The notes below the pieces were generated by a model. It searched no databases and had not been told where the DNA came from. It saw only the letters and a program-made list of their open reading frames with translations. A stretch of 64,000 nt of DNA. Origin: Octopus sinensis (taxonomy: Eukaryota). Positions 53,701 through 64,000 of this stretch are shown here, piece by piece (position 1 is the stretch's first letter; each line of letters begins with the position of its first letter). Position numbers and translations under genes: made by a program. Where the stretch lies: NCBI RefSeq assembly GCF_006345805.1, contig NC_043000.1:87234001-87298000 (forward strand), given 5' to 3'.

Positions 53701-54113
53701 CTACATACACATACAAATATCACACAACTACATCTAATAATGCAAATATGTCAAAATACTCACACGAATACATAATGACAGAAATAGCTACATGTAAACA
53801 TAAATAACTACAATATCATGAAATAATTTGAATCAAGTATTATTGTCTTTTTGCTAATGAGCAGCTATCAGACTCTGTTTTAAAAAACAACACAACAGTG
53901 ACTAGCGGGAGCTATTGTAAAATCACAGACACTATCAAACATCAATATAGCAGTTAATTACGTTCCAAATTATTTTCCTATAATAAACAAGATATCCATT
54001 GAAATCTCACTCACTCATTCGCTCTGGTTCTTTGTCTCACTATATATATATATATATATATATGAATAAATGAAAGAATGGAGTCGAACGACAATTTAAC
54101 AAAATTCCTTTAT

Positions 54114-54194
54114 TCTCGACATATGTTTCGAAGACTGCATATTCCTAATAACGAAGGAATAAGGGGTGCATTATGCCGCCTTCTCATCAGGAAA
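54114..54194 (-). ncRNA. Type-I hammerhead ribozyme, intact core, long branched stem II
   Basis: TTTC-CTGATGA-GAAGGC..TGCA..TATTCCT/AGGAATA..TGCA..GTCTTC-GAA-ACATATGT-C/GAGA: palindromic stem III and GUC site. Confidence 0.87.
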
Positions 54195-54704
54195 GACAAG
54201 GAACTTATGTCAGCATCATGACGAACAAAAACTTTTAGATAACTCCGTGTGGGCAGACATCTAAAAGGTTCTTTCATTTATTTATAGTAAAATAAAACAC
54301 ACAAATTTCCACACGAAAGCACGTGATCTGTGTTCTTGGCATGTAGCTTTAACCGTGTTTTCTGACGTGAATTTGCTACCCGGGTATCGGTTAACCGATT
54401 TATCCATACTTGGATAATTCATTCAACTACTTAAATATATATATATATATATATATAGATATTTATAAAAAAAAAAAAAATTAATTAATTAATAAACAAA
54501 ATAATATATAAATATAAAAATATGCATACATACATATATATATATATTTGTATATATATATATTTAAAATTTATTTATAGTTAAATTATTTAAATAATTT
54601 TTATTTTTAACTTTCATATTTTAAATTAATTTTATGTATTGGCTTATGTTTTTCACTGTTTGATTTGCCTAATAGTGGTTTTTATCTCTAATTTAATATG
54701 ATAT

Positions 54705-54795
<91 letters not shown>

Positions 54796-54806
54796 TGTTG
54801 TGTGGT

Positions 54807-55076
54807 AGGCGCAATGGCCTAGTGGTTAGGGCAGCGGACTCGCGGTCGTAGGATCGCGGTTTCGATTCCCACACCGGTTGTTGTAAAAGCTCCACGAAAC
54901 TCCGGCAGGGGGTGGTGATCCCTGCTGTACTCTTTCACCACTCTTTCTCTCACTCTTTCTTCTGTTGGCCTGCTCGCTTAGCCAGCGGGGTGGCGTCATT
55001 CGAAGGCTAAAACAATGCGAACGCATTGTGACCAGCGATGTGTAGCAACATCTGATGGTGTGGTCGGTCACTTGAT

Positions 55077-55085
<9 letters not shown>
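54807..55085 (+). mobile_element. SINE S3 (tRNA-Arg-like head)
   Basis: A-box TGGCCTAGTGG, B-box GGTTTCGATTCC, body shared with 25785, 29465 and 36815. Confidence 0.9.
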
Positions 55086-55120
<35 letters not shown>

Positions 55121-55149
55121 ATATATATAAGCCACTACACACATTTTTT

Positions 55150-55310
55150 CTCTCTCCCTGTTTTTCTCCTTGTTTTCCGTGTCCCTTTCTGTAGAAGAGC
55201 GTAGGCTCGAAACGTAACTACTTTTTCTATTCCTGAGCGTTATACTAATACATCTGTTTGTTTTGTACACACCTGTCTTCGTCTTTCGTTGTTCTTTTCG
55301 TAAACTCTCC
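55150..55310 (+). mobile_element. PLE-type tail with degenerate hammerhead
   Basis: CTGTAGA-A-GAGC-GTAG-GCTC-GAAACGTA at 55189-55216 (A6 mutated). Confidence 0.65.
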
Positions 55311-55483
55311 CTATATATATATACATCTATACATAAACATATATATGTATGTGTAAGTATACATAAGCGTATATATGTATGTATGTAATATAACTACATA
55401 TCTTAAATTGAGTATCAACCTAATACGTTTAGTGTGTGCTCCTTCTGACTTGTTTTTATTATCGATTTACATAAATATGTAGC

Positions 55484-55602
<119 letters not shown>

Positions 55603-55616
55603 GCCTGTCTGTCTGT

Positions 55617-56288
55617 CCTGCACGCACTCGTGCAGTGTTCAACCATTTCGGATCTGTGAGCTTATGCCGAACGGCTGCTGTCAGGTGTGGAACGAATTCG
55701 GTTGTCGGCCGAGTCTATCGTGAAAGTTGCCCCGCCACCTCCCCTTAACCACGAAGGCAAGGCAGTTTTCATCGTACTGGTGGCCATGGTGAAAGAATGT
55801 ATGTGGTGGACTCGAGCGAAAGGTTTAGAGACAAACATTTACCTTTCTGGCCAATCGCTCTTCAACTTTTTCAAGTACCACTTGAAAAGGAAGGTGAGAA
55901 TAGAGAGGCAAGTTTTGCCTCATGAAAGATTCAATAAAAGATTCAATAAAATGTAGCAAAGTTGATACGTGTGAATGACGAAACAACTTTGAGCATGATC
56001 CTGTAAATCCCAAAGAGATAGAGAGAACACTTTGCTCTCATGTGTTTTTTCCCTCCCTGTCTGAGGTTACCGTGGTCTTTTTCGTAGGCTCTTCTTTCCA
56101 CTGATAAATCTAATCTGTTTTTTCTATATCTTTACTGTTCTGTGATACACGATCCCTTTTGAAGTGATCTTTTTTGTATCCGATCCCTTTTGATCGGATT
56201 TTTTCCTTCTCTTTTTTTTCCTTTCGAAAAGAAAAGCTCTACATTGTATTTGTGCCCTCTGTGTTCGGCTCTGTGTGGCTAATGAAGA
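55617..56288 (+). mobile_element. Second L1/Tx1-like LINE fragment, inside a (CTAT)n array
   Basis: Homologous to 14296-15052 (LHALVQC..FFKYHLKRKVR; 3'UTR GAGGTTACCGTGGTC, GAAAAGAAAAGCTCTAC); (CTAT)n on both sides. Confidence 0.88.
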
Positions 56289-56329
56289 TATCTATCTATC
56301 TATCTCATCGTATCTATCTCTCTATCTAG

Positions 56330-56362
<33 letters not shown>

Positions 56363-56440
56363 CTACTATCTATCTATCTATCTATCTATCAATCTATCTA
56401 TCTATCTATCTCGTTTATGTTGTATATCTATATAGATATA

Positions 56441-56479
<39 letters not shown>

Positions 56480-56739
56480 TTATATATTATATATATATAG
56501 ATATATATATATATAATATATATATTTACATGTGTATAAAAGGGTGCATTAAAATTATTCACACATTTTACAGGTTGAAAGACGCTTGAATATCAAACGC
56601 ACGGTGTGTACCAGTCCAGAAAACAATAGTAACTAAAAAAAAAATGATTCAGGAAGGCACAATTATCACCTGCCTGAATTTATTAGCGTTACACTAATGA
56701 CTGTGTCAAATATCGGAAGCTTCTCTATTGGACCATATG

Positions 56740-56949
56740 TGTATATAGTTAACCCAAACATGAACAAAGAGAAAACACATCAACACGAGGACGTGGAACA
56801 AGTATAGTGTTATTGGACGCTCAGGAAAAAAAGAAAGAACGCGGATCTTACGTTTCGAGCGGAGCTCTTCGTTAGAAACATAGAAAAAGGAAAGATCCAA
56901 GAAGGGGAAGACGGAGAAAGAAAATCGCCAACGATACACACGCGGTCAC

Positions 56950-57013
<64 letters not shown>

Positions 57014-57285
57014 TATATATATATATTATGTATGTATATAGTATTATATATGTATATATGTATATATATATACATATATATATATGTATGTATATATGTA
57101 TATATATATATGTGTATATATATATATACATCTGTCTTCCCTTCTCCTATGTTTCCGACGAAGAGCTCCGCTCGAAAAGTTAAACCCTCCTTCTTCCCTT
57201 CTTTCCTGAGCGTCCAATAATACTTCATTTGTTCCACGTCCTCGCGTTGTTGCGTTTTTTATTTCTTGTTTGGATTAACTATATA
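56740..57285. repeat. Diverging pair of hammerhead-bearing PLE-type tails around (TA)n
   Basis: 56740-56935 (-) and 57130-57285 (+) both carry GAA-GAGC-TCC-GCTC-GAAA and TTCCTGAGCGTCCAATAA. Confidence 0.85.
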
Positions 57286-57293
57286 TATATATA

Positions 57294-57376
<83 letters not shown>

Positions 57377-57380
<4 letters not shown>

Positions 57381-58453
57381 ATTGCTATGAATGGTTCGGC
57401 TGGTGCAGTTTTTCTTGACCTACTTTGTTGGGAGTGGAGCCTGGAAGTCTACAGTACAAAATTATAGTCCTTTGTTTACGGAAGACTAATGGCTTTTGGA
57501 AGGACCTTTGGCCTTGTGCCGGTCGAGAAGGGGTCAGAGAGATGTGAGGGCCGAGAAAGACAGAGTAAGGAATCTGAGGAGCCTGTCGTGAGAGAATGAC
57601 AGTGACAGCATCGATAAAGATAGGCACATAGAACCAAGCGGGATAGAGAGAGTATTAGAGCTAAGAGAGGGATTGAGGGTAGTGATAGAGCAAGAGGTTT
57701 TTAACAGTCGGGTTTTTGGGAGTCAGGGCGAGCGGTTGGAATTAAGCAGTCGGCGGTTTTGGGGTATTGGGACAGAGAGAGATATATGCGGAGGAATAGG
57801 CGGCTGATAGAGAGGAAGTACAATATGAGGCGTTGGCTAATGTAAGGTACGTGAATTGTGTATTGATATGTGAAGAAAAAGAAGGAAGAGAAATCGATGT
57901 ATCGAAATGTTGAAAAGAAATGAGACAGTGAAAAGAACAATGTGAATTGTGTAAGGACATTGTGTACAGTGTTGTGATTTGAACATTGTATAATGAACAT
58001 TGAACTGTTAGGCCTTTAATGTCCTGTGAACTGTATATGCTTTTAATGTGTTTTGAAACAGAACTGTGTCTCCGGACGTGTACTCTTGAATTGCTGTTGT
58101 TATTGAACTTGATGTGTTGTTACCGGACTGTTATATTGTATCTGCATGTTTAAATGCTTTGATCTGTGGTATACCTGTATGATGTATTGAGTTGTTACTT
58201 GCATGTCCTCTTTTAAATGTATCTGATATGTATTTGATGTTGTAACAATTGATTGTCATAAACTAGTACGTTAAATGTAAGCCAATTGCCTTGCCTCTTT
58301 GTGTTTCTCTCGATTGCCTCTGTGCTGCTGCTGCTGTTGTTGTTGTTGTATCTCTCTCTCTCCTCTCCGAGTTTTCGTGGCGAAAACATTAGCTGCATCG
58401 AACGGGCCTGTGTGAGGGATTCCGTAACAGTTTTCGGAGGTCCCCTCGTAACA
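57377..58453. mobile_element. Probable solo LTR (~1.08 kb)
   Basis: TGTTA...TAACA termini, flanks ATGTA/ATATA within a TA tract, no ORF. Confidence 0.6.
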
Positions 58454-58484
58454 ATATATATATATGTATATATATATATACTGT

Positions 58485-58880
58485 TTTATTCTTTTACTTG
58501 TTTCTGTCACTTGATTGCGGCCAAGCTGGAGCACAGTCTTAAAGAGATTTAGACGAAAAAATTGACCCCAAGACTTATTCTTTGTAAGCCTAGTACTTTT
58601 TCTATTGGTTGATTTTGCCGACCCTGTAAATTATGGGGACCTAATCACACCAGCATCGGTTGTTAAGTGATGGTGGTGGTGATGGTAGTGAGGGGGACAA
58701 ACACACACAAATGTAAACATATATATACGACAGGCTTCTTTCAGTTTCTGATATACCAAATCCACTCTCTGATCGGGCCAAGGCTATAGAATAAGACACT
58801 TGTAAAAGGTGCCACGCAGAGAAACTGCATCCGGAACCATGTGGTTGGGAAGCAATCTTCATATCACACAGCCACGCCTA
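58485..58880 (-). mobile_element. SINE S1
   Basis: Reverse complement colinear with 52740-53160. Confidence 0.88.
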
Positions 58881-58971
58881 CATACATACATACATACATA
58901 CATACATACATGCATACATACAACATACATACATACATACATACACATACATACATACATACATACATACA

Positions 58972-59030
<59 letters not shown>

Positions 59031-59303
59031 ATAAGAAAATGGAGAAGTACAAAATAAGAAATTATTATTAATTTGTGGTAAAACATTTAACCTTTGCCCA
59101 TACAATACAGTAAATGAATTTATTGCATCGCAATTCTTAACATTTATGTATTAACTTTGTTGGGTGCTTTGCTAGTAGTATATTGGATATATGTTATCCC
59201 ATGGAGGGTTGCACTCACAACCCCTATCTCGATTTGTAATTTTATATTATATATATATTATATATATATACTTTATTTAAAGCAGCAGAAAATTCAACAA
59301 AAT

Positions 59304-59341
59304 CTGTTACTCTGAGTTTCTCGATGCCGTTCATCAGACAG
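59304..59341 (-). ncRNA. Minimal type-I hammerhead ribozyme, intact core
   Basis: CTGT-CTGATGA-A-CG-GCAT-CG-A-GAA-ACTC-A-GAGT-A/ACAG: GUA site. Confidence 0.85.
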
Positions 59342-60489
59342 TTTTTGCTATAATGGAACCGATATATCAATTCAATCCAGACTCTTACAACCGCTACACC
59401 TTTAAAAAATGGACTTGTTTGATTGGCCCTTTAGAAATAACGGTCAATCTTCGAGCGATAAACAAAAAATGAGCTCAAACATATATGTATATATATATAT
59501 AAAAATTATAAAAATTATAAAAATTATAAAATTATAAAAAACCTTACATTGAATAAAATACATATTGACGTTAATGAAGAAAATATAATTAATGCATGGA
59601 AATAAAACGCATTATAAATATTACACTGCAATACATATTCATATTAAAGTGTACATATATATATATATCAACATACACAGAAGGATGCGTGCAAACGCCA
59701 TACATATACAGACGTATAAATATAAATCTAAAATATACGTCCAAATGCATGCATACATATATGTACGCAATCTATCTCGCACGCAAGTTAAAGTCATCGA
59801 TGCTAATGTAGCGTTTCTTATTTACGGAGTAAAGCTTAAGTAAGGGGGACGTAAAGTTGTATCAGTATCAGTTAGAGAAAAAACGAAAGAAAGGAAGAGA
59901 GAGAAAAAGGAACGAAGAAGGGAGAAGGAAAAAAGAAAAAGGAGGGGTGGGGAAAAAAACGAAATAAGAAAAATTATGTATACAAGCTGTGTAACCGCGT
60001 TATTGACATATATGGAGACAAGTATATAAATACACAAGTTCGAATGGATACATACACATACAGTCCTGTATGTGTGTGCTTAAGCACAAACATACGCTCA
60101 CTTACACATACACAGAGACGCATGCTTACAAATACATATCCATGGCTATACGCATATTTACATCAAAATTCTAATTTTTGACAACATTGCTTTTTAAAAA
60201 AAGGTGAGTGCAATAATGAAAAATATACGAAAGACATATAAAATATAACACCCTATTTTGGATCATCTATAAATTAAAAATCAAGGTAATCCTATACAAT
60301 ACAATAACATGAAATAAACAAAGCCGAAGGTTTTTCCTAATGTATATGTAGAAATATAAACAAAATAAACAAAATATATGCATGAGACTTTGCTATACGG
60401 AATGAAATCTGCATAGCGCGAAACAAATCCATCGTCGCGTTTACATACTAGTCCAAGAGTCCAAATCAAAATTTCAAAAATCAAAAATA

Positions 60490-61068
60490 CAAAATATATA
60501 CTCTATCCATATGACATTTTAAATTTGGTTGCGTGTCTACATAAGCTCATTAGCTCACTTCTTTGATTCAAAGAATTATTGTCTTTTAATAAAATATACA
60601 GTTTCTCTAATAGGTAAAGCTTGCATTTAAAATTATTTCTGTGTGATCCATGCCTGTATGGTGCCGCTCTGTCCAGAATGCTCCATGTCACGTTGAAAGG
60701 TTGGGTTTCCTTTTCTTTTAGTTCCTAGACATATTTTGCTAGGCTGGTCCTCTTCCTATTCTCTGGGTATCTAAATGAATTTTTATGTGAATAAAATCGT
60801 GTTTTAAATGAATTTTCTGAAGCCCCTGTATATGTCTTGTATTCCGATGAGCCTTCTATTTGCACCTTGGCTCTATAAACTACTCCTTTCACTAGACATT
60901 GGTAAAATGTAAAGATTAAAAATTGTGGTAGTAGTTGCTTTGCGCATTTCTCAATGTGCTCACTAAAAGGTATCATTCTATATTCTGGGAATGCAATCTG
61001 TTGTCGATGCAGTGTGCATCTACGTCTGAGTGATAGTCCCGTGGAACCCACGTAGTCTTGGTGGCAGA
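60490..61068 (-). mobile_element. Chimeric PLE GIY-YIG fragment from two families
   Basis: CHQDYVGSTG..FYQC fused to LVKGVVYRAK..YTGASENSFKTRF..VTWSILDRAAPY..LNQRSELMSLCRH. Confidence 0.85.
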
Positions 61069-61094
61069 GGCAAAATTGTCTTCTGAAATTACGG

Positions 61095-61760
61095 ATGCAA
61101 AAGTAAAAAAAATGTGGTAGATCGAACTGTGCAACATGTCCTAACCTACTAGAAGGATCAGAATTCCTCTTTAAAGAGGGACAGAAATTCAAGATCAAAT
61201 CTAACTTTACTTGTGCCTCTGAAAACATAATTTATGTCATAAAATGCTCGGGCTGGCCACCAGACTACGTGGGTTCCACGGGACTATCACTCAGACGTAG
61301 ATGCACACTGCATCGACAACAGATTGCATTCCCAGAATATAGAATGATACCTTTTAGTGAGCACATTGAGAAATGCGCAAGCAACTACTACCACAATTTT
61401 TAATCTTTCCATTTTACCAATGTGCTTTCGGATCATCCAACACAATTAGACTAAACAAGGAAACATTCTTCATTGAAAAGCACAAGCCCAGACTCAACCA
61501 TCCGAACATACTGATACAGAGAAATTCACAACAAGGGAAAGGAAAAAATTTTTAAGCGATTATCTCCCTTACACCGGAAGAAATCACTCACTACCTTCCC
61601 TTATTTAGAACTCTCCTGAACATAAACATAACGAAAGCTCTATTCAACATAAACATAACGTCGCAAGAATTTGAAAAGCTACACGCGAAACCGGTCTTTC
61701 TTTTAAATTATGCCATTATAAGAAAAAAAAAAAAAAATTTTTTTTTTAAATTTTCTAATA
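61095..61760 (+). mobile_element. 5'-truncated PLE (GIY-YIG plus tail with U3-A8 hammerhead at 61665-61702)
   Basis: KKCGRSNCATCPNLLEGSEF..FTCASENIIYVIKCSG(C)HQDYVGST..RLNKETFFIEKHKPRLN; TTGAAAA-GC-TACAC-GC-GAA-ACCGGT-C. Confidence 0.87.
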
Positions 61761-61866
61761 TATCTTCAGACATATTGACGCAAATATATATATATTTTTA
61801 ACATTTAAGCCTTCTGTAGTTTTTTCACTCTTTACTATTTTCTCTCTCTCCTCCTCTCTCTCTCTG

Positions 61867-61900
<34 letters not shown>

Positions 61901-63478
61901 ATTATATATATATAATCAGAATGGAGAATTACACATCTTCAAAGTTTATTTATTAAAGTATTTTTCCACGTTCCATTCTGACACGTGTTTTATTGTACAA
62001 CAGTCCTATTGCCCTAAGACTCTTACGCAGCTATGCAATTTCAATACCTTTACTACGAAAGGCTGGTGCATGAACACAATCTGAAAGGTTAAAAGGGTTA
62101 ACGCGCATGCGCATACATACGAATATTGTTTTTCTGTATAAAGACTTGACAGAATTGAATCTCAAATAGAAAGTTCAAAGTTTAACATTCCTATATATCA
62201 TTATTGAAGGTGTTACCCATACCGATGGATGAAGCGAAATGAAGACCGAAGTGCAAGTCATAGGTTCTTAACGTATATTTGTAGTAAAGAAACATGAAAT
62301 ATCAAGGTAAATGACAGTAGAGATAGTGGGAAACTTGATATGTCCCTAGTTCTGGTTTTACTTAATCTTAGAGTGACCTTTCTGGACTTTAAAGAAATTG
62401 ATTACTTTATTACACTTCGTTGTAGAAGGCATCTTACATGTGTCTTAATATATTCACACCACTGACCACTTATATTAAGGGACTTTAGAGAGATTTATAA
62501 CTATTAATATTTCTATATGATTATAATATAAGACAAATAGACAAATTTAAAGGAAAACAAAACAAATAGGAGTTTAATATTGTTTCGCTTGGGTAATTTA
62601 ACTTGACCTTAAGAATAGGATTTTGAATATTCTAAATATTTTTTAATATTAATTTTCCTTTAGTAGAAAAACAATACCATTGTGCGTTTATACTAATAGT
62701 TGTAGTTACATATTAGTGTAAATTAATTACATATTAGTGTAAATTAGTTACACTCAATATTAAATAGATTTCTGAAACTTTCACTGGGATAATTTCTACG
62801 CCCTTCTGTCCATGTGAGTTCAAATTGAAATTAGTCCGTGCACCTGAATATAGGTTTACAATTCGGTGATTAATGAAAAAATATATTCGGCATTAATTCT
62901 GTAATCCGAGCAAGTATTGGATACATCCCAACGTCGGTTTTCGTTTCCTACCTCGAGACATGCAAAATATACATTGAAGATATTAAAAGTAACCAAGCCA
63001 ATTTTTATTATTTTTGAAGTAAAATCTAACCGTCTATCATTATACTTGAGAGATAATTCCGTTGGTTTTTCTCACCTGTTTGTTTACTCAGACATATATT
63101 AACGAATGCTGATAATTTAGCTTTTCGTGCCATCTAAATGATTCTGTATCAAAGATTACTAAATACGTATACATGTACCGACAATTAGTTTCTCTATATT
63201 TATCTTTGTTCCTCGAAGTTTCCTTTTCATGTCATTTAGCTTTGTCCATTTCACTCGTCTATTTTTAAAGAGTAATATACAGACATACACACGTACACGC
63301 ACATCATACATGCATGCATACATACTACATACACACACATAAAAGCATGTGTCTGTATGTCTGTATATATATATATATATATACATGTGTGAGTGTACTT
63401 GTACATATGTATATATATATATATATATATACATAGACATAGGTATACACACATACACAAACATATGTATATGTGTGC

Positions 63479-63517
<39 letters not shown>

Positions 63518-64000
63518 GATAGAGAGATAGAGACAGGGAGAGATTGATAGATAGATATAGATATATATGTACGTAAGAATATGACGCAAGTATGATTAAA
63601 AGTGCCGTGACTGTTTATCGCGAACGTAGTCTACTAATTGTAGCTACTTTCTATTTATCTTTGCAAATTGCAAATTGCAAATGGATCCACGACTGGAAAA
63701 TAGAAGTTAGAGAGATAAATGGACAGAATAATACTTTGTGAACATATAAGATTGTTTATGGCGAAATAGCGTCATGCTCATTACATTTGCATTGGCATAG
63801 AAGACCACATAAAATAATATCTCCTAATCAACGACCTACGCTAGTTCTAATTAAACTACAACTCATTCCAGTATTTTACTTGGAGAACTTTAGCTATTTC
63901 ATTGGCAACATATTATTAGGCAGGCGACTATATGTAGGAATGCTATTTCTTGGGATACCACACACGATAAAGATTGCATCATTGTATCTGTCCCTCTCTC

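Noticed and set aside
54807-54880. tRNA genes at SINE heads (also 36910-36980, 37250-37320, 43800-43880, 52740-52810)
   Set aside because: A/B boxes are present, but acceptor stems do not close and each continues into a SINE body.
60375-60445. GCTAT/ATAGC stem followed by GCGAAAC..GTC
   Set aside because: No recognisable CUGAnGA core, and it is on the strand opposite to the adjacent PLE ORF.

Overview
64 kb of AT-rich, microsatellite-dense eukaryotic DNA. Its tRNA-derived SINEs and Tc1/mariner content look like an octopus (coleoid cephalopod) genome; this is inferred from repeat families, not a database match. Almost all ORFs in the track are microsatellite artefacts or decayed transposon fragments (mariner DD34D, Tc1 DD34E, maT-like DD37D, probable DD41D, L1/Tx1-like and CR1/L2-like LINEs, Penelope-like elements [PLE], Helitron pieces, a probable solo LTR). 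No complete host gene can be assembled. However, two paralogous 288-nt exons (20153-20440, 31950-32237) encode the C-terminal 61 aa of an unrecognised tandem gene family, with an aligned stop, a conserved 3'UTR intron and a charge-reversed amphipathic helix. The strongest hidden signal is RNA structure: more than a dozen minimal type-I hammerhead ribozyme motifs. Four have intact canonical cores, one set carries a compensatory U3-A8 core, and one sits in a 356-bp non-coding, circularly permuted, retrozyme-like monomer (41743-42531). Also notable are a Tx1-like LINE that appears to target (CTAT)n microsatellites, with a paralogous empty site in the window, and repeated fold-back (inverted) PLE insertions. 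There is a 100-N gap at 46640-46739 with a probable assembly overlap duplication.
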